A DNA stretch of 64,000 bases, taken from assembly GCA_963845755.1 (NCBI GenBank), contig CAWJTV010000022.1, forward strand, positions 125,642 to 189,641, given 5' to 3'. The translations under genes were made by a program, and so were the position numbers. The stretch is from an uncultured Planctomycetota bacterium. Lineage in GTDB: Bacteria > Planctomycetota > Planctomycetia > Isosphaerales > Isosphaeraceae. Below are positions 42,619 to 53,600 of this stretch, piece by piece; within the stretch, counting starts at the first letter, position 1, and every line of letters starts with the position of its first letter. Under the pieces are notes generated by a model. That model was not told the origin of the DNA. It made no database searches and worked only from the letters and a program-made list of their open reading frames with translations.

Positions 42619-45600
42619 TTACCGGCCGATGCCGGAGTGGACCAGGCCCGCCCAGAGCAGCGGGTGACTCCGCTCCGGGAAGCGGCCGTGCTCGTCGGCC
42701 CGGGCACCGGCCTTGCTCGGGTTGTGATACAAGTCGCGCTGGGCCAGGCAGAGCGCCTCCGGCGTCGAGATTGGGCGCCCCTCGTCCCAGAGGTGGTCAT
42801 AATAGCCAGCCACGAGGGCGCTGGTCGGGGCGTCAGGGACCGGCCACAGGCTGGCGATGACATTCGGGCATCCGGCCAGGTGGAAGGCCTCCTGGAGTGA
42901 CTGCACCCCCTCGGCGGGCAAGTATTCCCCCACTCCGGTGTCGCAGTCGGGGAGGAAAGCCGAGCGCAGTCTCTCCAGGGACAATTCGGCGATCAGGCCG
43001 CCCGAGAGTTCGACGCCTTCCCCGGGTGCTCGGCCTTCCCGCGCGAGGATGAGGCCCGTGTACAGGAGGGGCGAGCTCGCAGTCGGGGCGAAGGCGCGCG
43101 GCGCCGACAGTCCCCCGGAAAGGGGCCAGTCGCGGATGAAGGCCCGCCGGCGCTCTTCTTCCGCGATCCGCAAGTCCTTCCGGTAGAAGGCGTGCGTCTC
43201 GATGATCGCGTCACGGGCCCGGGGGAGCGCCCGGCAGAGTGCCCCGGCGGTGGCGTTCTGCTGCTGGAGCGTGATCGTGGGCCGCGTTCCGGCCACTTGC
43301 TTCGCGAGGCGCACCGCTATGCTCGCCTCGAGGGCCGGGTACCGTGGGTCGTCGGGCACGTCACCCAGCGCAAGAAAGGTCCCCGCCTCTCGCGCCGGGG
43401 CGCCTGCCGCCCCAGGCTCTCCAGGAGGAATGGGCCGTGTGGTACGCGGGCGATGATGTACTCGTCTACCAGGGCCGTATGAGCCTTCGGCCCGGGAAGG
43501 GCGGCGAAGGGAAGGCCCGCCAGGGCGCCGTCGGGTGCCAGGAACAGCCAGGTCGTACCGGGCGGCAGGTGGGCCGCGATTGGCTCCCACACGAGCCGAC
43601 GCAATTTCACCCCCTCCGCGACGCTCCTGCCCTCCCGTTGGCTGCGCTGCGTGCTCGTCAAGTCCGGGACCCATCCGGTGACCGCGTCGCGCCACTGCTC
43701 GACGGCGTCGTCGATCGGGGCGGCCGGGCCCAGTTCGGCGCGAAACGGCTCCCCCCGCGGCGCGAGGACGAACGCGGCATATCGAGGCCCGGCCGCGGCG
43801 CCGCCCAGGATATCCTCGTAGCGGATGATGTCCACGAAGGCCGAGCCGAGTGGGAGGCGGCGGGCCAGGTCCTCGGGGCCGAGACGCTCCGAGTCGTCCT
43901 GGCGGCGGAACACGAGAAGCCGACGGGCAAGTTCGCGCTGTAACTCCGCATTGCGCGCCTCCAACGTGGCGATGGCCCCGTCCCGGACGGCGGGCTCCTC
44001 GTCAACATCGAGCAACAGGCGGCCCAGCCGGGCGTCGGTGTCGAGCAGTTTTTCCCACATGTGACTCAACTCGGTCGCCTCGCCGGGGGGGAGGCCGTCG
44101 ATCGTACCCGGTTCCTTCTGCCCAAGGAGGAGGCGCCGGACAGCACGGCGCTCCGCCAGGAGCCGCGTCATGGCCCCCTTGGCATGCCAGGCCCTCACGT
44201 ACGCGCGGCCCTGCTCCGCCGTGGGCAGGTCGCGGCTGGCGGAGAGATAGAAGTGATAACTGACCTGCCGCTGCCGGCCCAGCGCCAACGCCTCAGTGTC
44301 CGCGACCTTTCCTGTCGCTTGCCGCAGCGTCTGTTGGTCGAATTCCAGGGCCTCCCCGAAGAGTGCCGTGGCGCGGTCACGGTCTCCGAGCTGGCGGTGC
44401 ACAACGCCCTGGCACAGGGCCACTACGGCAGCGAACGGGTGGCCCGCTGGGTAGCGTTTGTGGTAGTAGTCGCTGGCGGCCTTGAACTGCACCGAGGCCG
44501 CTCTGGTCTGGCCGAGATCGCCCAGGGCGATACCGAGTTGGAGCCGGCTCAGTGCGAGGTTCGGGTGCCCCGTCGAGCCGTACAGCCGCTCCCCCATCGC
44601 GATGGCTTCCTGGTACTTTTCCAGGTAGGACACGGGTGATTCGCGTTTCGTCCGGGAAACCCGCAGGCTATGCCCGTAACGGCTCAGAGCAAGCAGCTTG
44701 TTCTCGTGGTCCCCGGGGTAATAGGCCTGGCTCAGTTCCCAGGCCCGGCGGTGCCGCTGGAGTGCCAGGTCGTTGCGGCCCAGTTTTTTGAAGCTATCCC
44801 CAAGCGAGATCAGGGCGTGGATCAGTGCCGGGTGACCGTTCTCGAAGTCCTTTGGAGGGAACAGTTTCTCCCACATGAGTCGGGACCGGTTCACTTCCTT
44901 CAGGGCCTGCTCCGTCCGGCCGAGCTGCTGATAGCTCTCGGCGAGTTTCAGGGCGAGGATGGCCCGGGCGGGGATTCCCCTTGGGCCGGTCTGCTCCAGG
45001 AGGGAGTCGGCCTCGTGCAATGGCTTCAAAGCGTCACCGCCCTCGCCCCGGTCGACGCGGGCCGCTCCTAACAGACCCAAGGCGGTGGCCACTTCAGTCG
45101 GGTTGCCGACGGGCCGCAGCGTGTTGAGGGGCCGCAGAGCGTCCAGGGCTCGCTGAGCCAGCGCCTCCGCCTGGTGGGAGTCGCCGGTGGCCAGGGCGGC
45201 TTCCGCCTTGACGAGTCGGCACGTCGCCAGCAGGGCCTGACGGTCCGGCGTCGCCTGCCGTCCGGCGTAGCTCTCGCAGCGTGCCATGGCCTGGTCGATG
45301 AAGGGGACTGCTTCCTGGGGCCGTTCCACGAGGAGCAGCACAGCACCGACAGTGGTGCCCCCGCGAATCCGTAACGGTTCGATGCTCTCCCCTGCATCCA
45401 GCCGCGCCAGCGCCTCGGCGGCCTTGAGGATCTCCGCTCGTCCCGGCTCCCGCTCCCCCATGACCGCATACAGGCGTCCCCGTTCGAGGAGGGCTTCCAC
45501 GTGAAGCAGGTTCCGCTCGAGCGTGCGTTCGCGCTCGGGGAGCTTCTCGTAGTTCGCGACGGCCTCTTCCCATTTCTTCACGGCAGCCCGATAGGCGTTG

Positions 45601-45842
45601 TTGTTCGACAGGACCACCCCCTGGGCCGGAACGAGCACCTCGCGCAACCTGGCCGCCTGGGCCTGAACGTCCCGGGATGCACGTTCCAACTCGCGGAGTT
45701 CCCACGCCTCGACCTCGTTGGCCTTCGCCTCCAGTTGTTCCAGGAATCGCTTGGCCGCTCCTTGGGCCCAGGCCCAGGAACCCAGGCTGAGGCAGACCCA
45801 GGCCGCGACACCCGTCGCGCAGTACCGAACTTTCCCGCTCAT
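42619..45842 (-). CDS. Secreted TPR-repeat + CHAT (caspase-like) protein (frameshift near 43370)
   Basis: Signal peptide ending AWA; TPR/kinesin-light-chain-like repeats (GHPALIHALISLG); LRRLVWEPI, LAPDGALAGLPFAALP, ETHAFY, LPDCDTGVG, LQEAFHLAG..NVIASLWPVPD..T..LV..YY, HPLLWAG. Confidence 0.88.
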
Positions 45843-47741
45843 CACCGGTCCTTTCCGGGTTTCGCACCCGCGGAACGGGGGGCTACCAATGGGTAGCACA
45901 TTCCGCGGGAGTGGGCCGCCACCCCTCGGTCCTTGAGCGTCAGGAGGATGCGCTCGGCCTGGCTGACCGGGTCTCTACCGACCCGTGCCCTGGACGGGTT
46001 GAAGCCACGGTGTTGCGTGTACCGGCCGTCGACGAAGGAGACGAAGACCTTCTCGAACGCCTTGGGTTGTTCCCAGGCGAAGTCCTTGCCGGTACAGAGG
46101 TTCCACAGCAGGTCGTTGTGCTCCCGCGTGAGCGGTTCGGGCCGTACGAAGCAGATCAGCGCCTCCAGCCCCGGGGGCGCCTCCTGATCCAACGGCATCT
46201 CACCGACCGGGGGGATGCGGAGATCCGCTCGCTCAGACTCGGTCGCTGGTAGATGGCCAGGAGCCCAGTCCTCCGGGAATAGCGCCTTAGCCTGTCCGCG
46301 GCTGTCGATCTGGAGGACATAGATGTAAGCCGTCTTCTGGTCCAGCAGTTGGGCGACGAAGTAGACAAGGTCGTCGCGCTCGAGGAAGTCGAAGGCTCCC
46401 CCCAGTACGGGTCTGTCGGCCAGTTTATCCCCGCCGCGCTCGGTCACATAAACATCGTACTCGCAACGGTAGTCGACCGGTGGCTTCGGCGGGGGAGGCT
46501 TTCTCGCTGCGTTGAGGCCCAAAGCGGCGAGGATCATCACGAGAACCAGGCAGCCCGCCAGTGCCGCCAGGAGCTGGCTCAGAGGTTGTGAAAAAAACAA
46601 CCGGAGCCGATAGATCGGCGATCGCTGAGGCTTCAGGTCGTCCTGAGGCAATAGGTCGCAATCATCATCTCCGAATAAATCGGCGGTTTTGGGAGTGGCT
46701 TCACGACTTCCTGGCTCTTCCTCTTGCGTGTCGGGCTCGCTCCAGCGATCGAACTCGGCGGGGGCGACCTGTTGGCCCAGCACTCGCGACAACAGCCCCC
46801 GCTGCTCGGCCTCGAGCTCCTCGAGCTCCTGGTGTTCACCCGTCGTGAAGCACAGGTAATTGCAGCGCTGACCTTTGCTCCGCGAGTTCAGGAAGAGCAC
46901 TTCATCGATCCGTGGGTCGTAGACGAGCAGAGGGCGGAGCGGGACGAGCGTCAGCGCGGTGGAGCTCCTGGTCTCGTCAGGGCGTCCGCCCGAATCGATC
47001 GAGATAGACCTGCTCGGGTTTGGGTGGACCCGCCGTCTGTGAGGCAAGTTGCTCCAGGGACTCGATCCGTTTCGCCGATTCACCCGCAAGCTTGTACCAC
47101 TCGACCAGATAGTGGCCCGACTTCTGGAGCCGAACCTCTTCGATATAGACCAGGCGCCGGCCGGCCAGGACGTCGAGACGCCCCAGCAGCTCGGAGACTC
47201 CTAACAAGAGGGCCTGTCCCATCCGGGCGTGGAACTCCTTGGGGCGATGAGCGACTGCCCCGTGCCCCAGTTCGCGGTTGCGGTAGCGTACCAGCCGGTC
47301 GAGGAATTCGCTCAGGCGGACGCGTGCTCCCGAACCGGTGGACAGGCCGAGCGTCTCCTGGAGCAGCACATCCAGCTCGGCGATGCGCGGCAGGTCGTCT
47401 CGCGCCCGGCCGAAGATCAACTCGCGGATCGCCGCGTAACCTTCGTCTCCCGAATCGGCCAGGATCGGGACCAGCCGGCGGATCAGGCCCCACCAGTCCC
47501 CCAGAGCCGGCCGGGCCAGCTTTCGTAGTGGTTCGTCGAGATCGGGATCGTGACCGGGCCGCTCGGCGTAGCTGGCCACGGCCGCCGAGGCGAGCAGCCG
47601 GATCGTCGCCTCCCAGAGGTAATAGGCTGTCTGATGGCGGTCGAACGAGTTCTTGGTGTTATGAGCGCGGAGATAGAGCTTCGCCAGCGGCAGGGGAAGC
47701 CGCGGGACCAGGGATTCATCGACGCCGAGGCTCTCGCGCAT
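45842..47741 (-). CDS. Membrane protein: cytoplasmic domain with RxxxxxH (HEPN-like) motif, TM, DUF4384-like domain (frameshift near 46980)
   Basis: RLPLPLAKLYLRAHN...YRNRELGHGA; TM LLAALAGCLVLVMILAALGL; AYIYVLQIDSRGQAKALFP...LRIPP...GLEALICFV..EPL. TGATG overlap with the CHAT gene. Confidence 0.7.
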
Positions 47742-47875
47742 AGGGGCTCATCCCCAGAGACGTCGTCGAGATTCGTTCGGCACGGCGGATCGCGGCCCGT
47801 GGCCATCACGCGTCAAACGATCCTCAGCCTGAAGACTCGGACTCGGATCCCGAAGTCCGGATTCACGGGTGCAGC

Positions 47876-47936
47876 GTAGGTGCAACCCACCGACGTAAGT
47901 AACACCTTGCCATGTAGTGAGTTTCACCCACCCTAC
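47876..47936. repeat. Degenerate GTAG-type REP pair
   Basis: GTAGGTGCAACCCACC ... GAGTTTCACCCACCCTAC; related to the 28216 element. Confidence 0.55.
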
Positions 47937-48394
47937 GAGATCGATTTCCGACCTTTTATGGAACTGACTCTTACTCCCTCGTCGAGCATCTCCAATCGAT
48001 AGGTCCGAAGCATTTCCTCATCCGGATTGGTTCCATCGGGGCACCGATCCCTCCCGTCTCGAGAGAGCCGGGGTCACCCGTCATGAACCGAGAAGGGGAA
48101 CGCAGAGGTCAACTCGGTCGCGCTAATCAATCGCCGTTGCTTAAGATACTACAAGACCACGAATGTGCTGATCAAGCCTCCATTTCCGTTCCGCAGCTTG
48201 CGATGCAGGCGGTTGCGCCGTTCCATTGCGTAGGACCTCGAGCCCGGTAGGCTATCGTCGAGGAAGGTCAGCGCCGTCTCCTGGACGGGCGACTGGAGCT
48301 TGTAGAAGATCGGCCTCAATCACTTCCACCACCGCTTGCCGGCTGGCCGCAATCGCGGCCAGCCGGGATGAGTTCGGATCACAATGCGGGGCAA

Positions 48395-48756
48395 ATGGCA
48401 TTCGTGAAGGCCCTCAACATGCCGACGTTCGCGGCGGCGGCGATGGTGCTCGCAGCGGGGGACGCCGAGGCCAGCCTCGTCCTGACCGCCGAGGCGCCCA
48501 AAGTCCAGTCCACGACCGCAACCGGCGTGACGACGGAGACCTTCAACGAGCTCGCTCCGGGCCGCGATTCGCCCACCGATTCGTCGCCCTTGGGCACGGC
48601 GATCGGCACCTTCACTTCGCCGGGCTTGCAAATCGTCTCCGCGGATGCATACGGGGGACCGAGGGCACGAACTATCTCTCGATCGGGGCCCAGATCGGAA
48701 ATACGGTGGCGACCCTGACCTTCGCCGCTCCCCATTTCTTTCTCGGTGTCGGGTGA
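48395..48756 (+). pseudogene. Truncated N-terminal fragment of an exported (PEP-CTERM-type) surface protein
   Basis: Signal peptide, then VTTETFN...ADAYGG / TNYLSIGAQ..ATLTF...FFLG; frameshifted and ends against the integrase relic. Confidence 0.45.
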
Positions 48757-48794
48757 TCGGCAGCGGACCCGTTGAACAGCGTCCTGTGCTTCTC

Positions 48795-49090
48795 GGTTTC
48801 GACGTCGTCGGCTCGTCGGTCTTGACGTAGCAAGCTTCGACGTGACGGAAGTAAGCCAGGATCAACTCGTTGACGGACAGAGCCGGAAATGCCGTTTCGC
48901 GTTCCTTATCACCGTTGAGAGCCGCGCTCCCTTTGACGGCATGCTCGGCCCGCAGCCGGCAGCACGTCTCCCGGCTCTCCGGGCTGTTCTACCTGCGATG
49001 GTAATTGTCGCGACCGTCGATGCGAACGACCGCGAGATCGCCGCGCTAATAATGAGGGTACCTTGGGATATGGGGACCTGTGATTGGCAT
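48795..49090 (-). pseudogene. Tyrosine integrase N-terminal relic
   Basis: MPITGPHIPRYPHY*RGDLAVVRIDGRDNYHRR*NSPESRETCCRLRAEH...LSVNELILAYFRHVEACYVKTDEPT resembles planctomycete integrase N-termini; two in-frame TAG stops; about 114 bp from the att. Confidence 0.75.
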
Positions 49091-49203
49091 GGGCGGTTCC
49101 ACTGAGTCCGACGGAAATCGGTACTACCGTCGTCGAACTTCCAGACCGCGCTGACGACCGTCTTAAGGTACACTCAACTCATGTACGGCTTAAGACTTAT
49201 GAC

Positions 49204-49256
<53 letters not shown>

Positions 49257-50262
49257 AGAAATCGTCGTAAGTCGGTAATTTCCAACGAATCTCGGCAGCC
49301 GTCCCACCCCATACTACCCAGGATCGGTGACGTTTTACAGGGTTGGTGACGGATTTGGTGACAAGTTGGTGACAGGCTGGGAAACGTGGACATCATGGAC
49401 TCGTGACCCCGGCACGCCCAGCAACATCGGACGGAGAATGTCGCGGACTCGATCTGCATCCAACCGCGCTTCGCCGATGGCGACGGTGCGAATTTGGTCG
49501 GCCGGGTACCGGATACTCGCGGAGTCACTTCGGCGCTGCGTGCCTAGCCCGGAATGTCGCGAGCGTGCAGGTCCGCCTGCTACCGATTGGCGAAACGCAC
49601 GGGCCGGCCGAGCGATCCGTTCTGGGCGCGTCATCTCAGGGTGCCGATGAGCGGGGCGACCCATCGGCGGCTCAGCCTGCTGCCGGAGCGGGCCAGCACG
49701 GGGGGACGGAAGGTCAGCCCGATGCAGATCGCGGCGCAGATCCCGGAGGACGCACTGACCGGCATGCAGGAGCCGCGACTGGCGCGGTGCTCGGCCACTA
49801 TGGACCGCACAGGCATCTCAAACAAACTCTACATAACATAGGTGCACTTCGCTGGAGACACTCGACCGGCTTCAAGCGCCGACACGGCGTCTCCAGCCGT
49901 TGCTGGTTGAACTCTTCCCGCAAGCTCTCGACCGACGCGGTGCGGAGCCGTTCTATCTCCTTGACGCGCCGCAGATCCACCTTGTTGATCGGCCGCCCGG
50001 CCTCTCGTTCGGTGAGGGCTTGCACGGAGAGACCGGTCGATCGGGCAACAGATCGCGGGTCACGCCTCGGCCCGTCGGACGTCGGCCACGAGCCGAGGAC
50101 GTCTCTTCATTTCCGTATGAAGCAAGACACTGGAAAGTCATCTTGATGTGCATCCGCCTCGTGGAAGCTGTCTGATCGTGCATTCGGCTCACGGCGATAC
50201 GGTCGGAAATGAGTGTCGGGGGCGGCGGGCCGTCGTCAAACCGGCCAGTGGGTCTTGGTCTA

Positions 50263-50526
50263 AGCAGGTCCGCAGAAGTTTTTTGACACGGCAACGCTCT
50301 TCAAGCCGAGCTTGAAACGTGGGGTATTGCGGGGATACTCATGATTAAAGTAATGATGCGAAAGTATGAACATGTCTATTATCGCACGGAAACCCCGCCG
50401 ATTCCCGGGGAAATGGGCCCCTTTATTGCCCGCAACGTGGGCGGATCGCTAACGGTGGACCCTCGGAAAACGCCTGTTTTCCGGGAGATCGAGAGTTCCT
50501 TGCCAAAAAACTTCTGCGGATCTGCT
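50263..50526. mobile_element. MITE, about 264 bp, 26-bp TIRs, TA flanks
   Basis: AGCAGGTCCGCAGAAGTTTTTTGACA (50263-50288) and TGCCAAAAAACTTCTGCGGATCTGCT (50501-50526), two mismatches; TA on both sides. Confidence 0.8.
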
Positions 50527-50770
50527 TAGCAGGGCGTCGACGACGGCCATGATCCCCGCGCTCGGGCCGCCCGTGGTCCCCGATGCGATGGCCTCGATGG
50601 ACGCGCCGCGCCGGGAGAGGATGGTCACGGCGTTGCCGCCCGCTGCGCCATTGTGGTCGCAGTCGATCAGCCGGCCGGAGCCGTCCCGGAGGCCCTCGGG
50701 CGGTTGACCGTTGATCGGGAGCTGGACCGGCTTGGTGACGGCGAACGGCTTCGTCGGCAGCAGCTGTCAC
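50527..50770 (-). pseudogene. Relic of a surface-protein C-terminal domain (copy 1)
   Basis: KPFAVTKPVQLPINGQPPEGLRDGSGRLIDCDHNGAAGGNAVTILSRRG...IMAVVDALL, cut by the MITE; paralogous to 53188-53402. Confidence 0.6.
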
Positions 50771-50969
50771 TCGATCGGGCCCGGCCGGACGCGGGCCGGA
50801 CGAAGTCCCGTCTCGGCCCGGACGAAGGGTCCGTGACCATCGAGGATCACCGGAGCCCAGTCCGATCGGAGCCGTTCCCCGCGATCCCTGGAGAGAAGCG
50901 GCGATGGGATGCTCGCCCGGGACGCCAGGGTGGTTCAGCAATGTCCTCCTTCCTCGCCCCCGATCTTGA

Positions 50970-51059
50970 GCGACACCGATTTCGACCGTCGAAAATGACG
51001 AGGCGACACCGATTTCGGGCCCACCCGATACCGATTTCGGCCCCACCGATTTCGGCCCC
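50970..51059. repeat. Cluster of four ACCGATTTCG short direct repeats
   Basis: GCGACACCGATTTCG twice (50970, 51003) and ACCGATTTCGGCCCC twice (51030, 51045). Confidence 0.75.
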
Positions 51060-51370
51060 GGGGGGAAGGGCAGACTTCGTGACCTGACCAAGCGGACACT
51101 CGCCCATTGTGGAGGCCGCCCAGTCCTGGCAAACTAGAAGCATCGTGGGACAAGCGGGCCAGGCGGGTCGAACGAGATTGCCCTGAGGTTCGCTCGGCTG
51201 TCGTTCGTCCAACTTCCCGGACGGACCGGCGTGGAAGTCACTCTAAACCGCCGAGTTCGACAGGGCCGATATTGATGACGTGACGGCGAGCGTGACGAGC
51301 GTCATCGAGCGAGTCGGCTCCCTGTGGACATCAGGCCCTCGGAGGCCAAGAAGTCGGTCGGGGCTCTCGT

Positions 51371-51870
51371 ATGATGGATCTCAGCCAACGGAAGGAGCAG
51401 TTCAGCAGGGCTTACATCCATGCGATCGCCACGGTTGCGGGTTTTACTCTCTATGAGCCCAAGGTGGATGATGAGAGCGTGGATCTTGGGATCGCCGGCC
51501 GCATCGCGAGTGACATCCCGCGTCCTCCACGTCTCGAAATTCAGCTAAAATGCACAAGCGATAAAATAATCAAAGGCAAGGATATCGTGTTTTCGCTGAA
51601 GCGAAAGAATTACGACGACCTTCGGCATGACGACCTCATCGTTCCCAGGCTCTTGGTTGTTCTAGTGGTTCCCAGGAAGGATGACGACTGGCTGACGCAC
51701 AACGAGACGGAAACGACGATCCGGCATTGCGCTACTGGGCGAGTCTACGGGGCATGAAGGACAAGAGGGCCAAGACAAAGGTTTCAATAAGTTTTCCAAG
51801 AACAAACTTATTCTGCGTTGAAGCACTGCGTGAGTTGATGAAGCGTGTGAGCCATAGGGAGCCGCTGTGA
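51371..51870 (+). CDS. DUF4365 (PD-(D/E)XK-like) protein (frameshift near 51730)
   Basis: RKEQFSRAYIHAIATVAG...DDESVD...LEIQLKCT...KNYDDLR..VPRLLVVLVVP...RHC then YWASLRG...FCVEALRELM. Confidence 0.85.
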
Positions 51871-53030
51871 TGTCCCCGACAAAACTGCCCCGAGACCAGA
51901 TCGAGGCTCTGCGGCCTGGGGACGTCCGGCTCTATCTCGCGAGTCGTGGCTGGGTTCCCCGTCAAGCCGACCTGTCTCAGAAGGCAATCGACTTCACCAA
52001 CCCCCTGTATCCGGACGTAGAGCTCTTGCTCCCCGTTAAGCGAGAGGTCGGGGATTTCGCCCTTCGCATGGCCGACGTGGTCGCCGGTCTCGCCTCCGTC
52101 GAGGAGAGGCCCGTCTCGGAAATCCTTGGTGAACTCTCGGCTCCTCCCGGTGACTTGGTCAGGCTGAGGGTGGTCGCCCCCGACGCGGCTCTCGGCAATC
52201 TGCCGCTGGACGAAGGGCTTCAGTTCCTGCGGGGCGGCCGGGACATGCTGCTCGCCGCCGCATTCAGCACGCTGCGTCCGCAGTCGCTCCACCCGCTCAG
52301 GATGCCGAGGGAAGTGAAGGGATTCCTGAGGTCCTGCCGCTTGGGCCAGACCGAGCGCGGGAGTTTCATCGCGACCATCATCACGCCGGTCCCGCCGGAT
52401 CTCCAGAGGATCATGGAGTTCGACGATCCGGGCGTACGGGCGATGATGGAGCCCTATCCCCGCAGGGTGACGGTCAACCTGATGTCTACTCTCGGATTCG
52501 TGTCCGATTCGATCACGGAGGGCGAGCCAGGAAGAATCCTCGACGGCGTCGATCGTGGGGTGAGCGCCAACCTCTGCGAAGCCCTCAAAGAAATGAAGCC
52601 GCCGGGCGATCAATCGCACCTCGATATCTCAGTGAGCTGGGCACGCAATCGTGGCAACGTGCCGGTCCACGTGCCGCAGTCCGTCTCCTTTCCCCAGGAG
52701 TCGTTCCCAGTCATCGAGCAAGCCGCGAGAGAACTTCGTGTCCGTGCGTTCGCGCATCGCACCACATACCGAGGCAGGCTCGTCGGCACCGAACTGGTCA
52801 ATCGGCCCTTTGTCCCCGAGCCGGTGGGCCGGGTCGTCATGGTGACGGAAGTGGCTGGCGAGACGGCGAAGCTCAAGATCGATCTCCCGCCGGAAGACTT
52901 TGATCTCGCCTGTACGGCACTACCCAGGGGGAAGCTGGTTCGTGTGACTGGGGTCATCCGGAATGACGTGAAGACCCGCGTTTATGAACTCTCCGAGCCG
53001 CACGACTTCAAAGTGATCGACGATGTCTGA
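51870..53030 (+). CDS. Conserved-looking hypothetical partner of DUF4365
   Basis: TGATG overlap with the DUF4365 gene; YLASRGW, RLGQTERGSF, GVSANLCEAL, OB-fold-like C-terminus. Confidence 0.8.
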   Translation: MSPTKLPRDQIEALRPGDVRLYLASRGWVPRQADLSQKAIDFTNPLYPDVELLLPVKREVGDFALRMADVVAGLASVEERPVSEILGELSAPPGDLVRLRVVAPDAALGNLPLDEGLQFLRGGRDMLLAAAFSTLRPQSLHPLRMPREVKGFLRSCRLGQTERGSFIATIITPVPPDLQRIMEFDDPGVRAMMEPYPRRVTVNLMSTLGFVSDSITEGEPGRILDGVDRGVSANLCEALKEMKPPGDQSHLDISVSWARNRGNVPVHVPQSVSFPQESFPVIEQAARELRVRAFAHRTTYRGRLVGTELVNRPFVPEPVGRVVMVTEVAGETAKLKIDLPPEDFDLACTALPRGKLVRVTGVIRNDVKTRVYELSEPHDFKVIDDV

Positions 53031-53129
53031 TTCGTCGAGCTCGCCATGAACCGACTAGGAGCCCGAAGGTTCCGGGAACCTTTGCTGTGCGGACGGCTCA
53101 CATCGACGCGGCCGATCTTTCACGTCTTG

Positions 53130-53600
53130 CTCGGCGAGCCGTCGTCAGCCCTGCGGAGGGAATCGTGCTCGAACAGGGCGTTGACGATGGCCATGATTCC
53201 AACGTCCTGGCCGCCCGTGGTCCCCGATGCGACGGCCTCGATGGACGAGCCATCCCGGGAGAGGATGCCCACGGCATTGCCGCCGGGCGTGCCGTTGTGG
53301 TCTCAGGCGATGGAACGGCCGGAGCCGTCCTGGAGGCCCGCGGGAGGCGGCCCGTTGACCTGGAGTTGGACCGGCCTGGTGACGGCGAACGGCTTGCTGG
53401 GGATCAGTGTCACGGTGTCGTTTGCAGAGTTGAACACCGCCGACTTCAGCTTAATCGCCCTGGCATTCTTGGCGCTGTACGAACCCTTCTCGGCGGGTAA
53501 CGTCAGGCGGTAGCTCGTCGGGGTCTGGGCCTCGGCGGCGTTGACGGGGCCGCTGAAAGTCACGATGACCTCCGTCACCTGGTGCTTCTTGTTCGGCGTC
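53130..53600 (-). pseudogene. Relic of a surface-protein C-terminal domain (copy 2)
   Basis: KKHQVTEVIVTFSGPVN...YRLT...IKLKSAVFN...VTLIPSKPF...GLQDGSGRSIA*DHNGTPGGNAV...IVNALFE; in-frame TGA; no N-terminus. Confidence 0.65.

Noticed and set aside
49380..50250. Short ORFs at the left end of island B as phage genes
   Set aside because: No recognisable motifs or consistent frame; probably decayed sequence.
50970..51059. CRISPR array
   Set aside because: Repeats are only 10-15 bp with irregular spacing and no cas genes; no CRISPR array was seen anywhere in the window.
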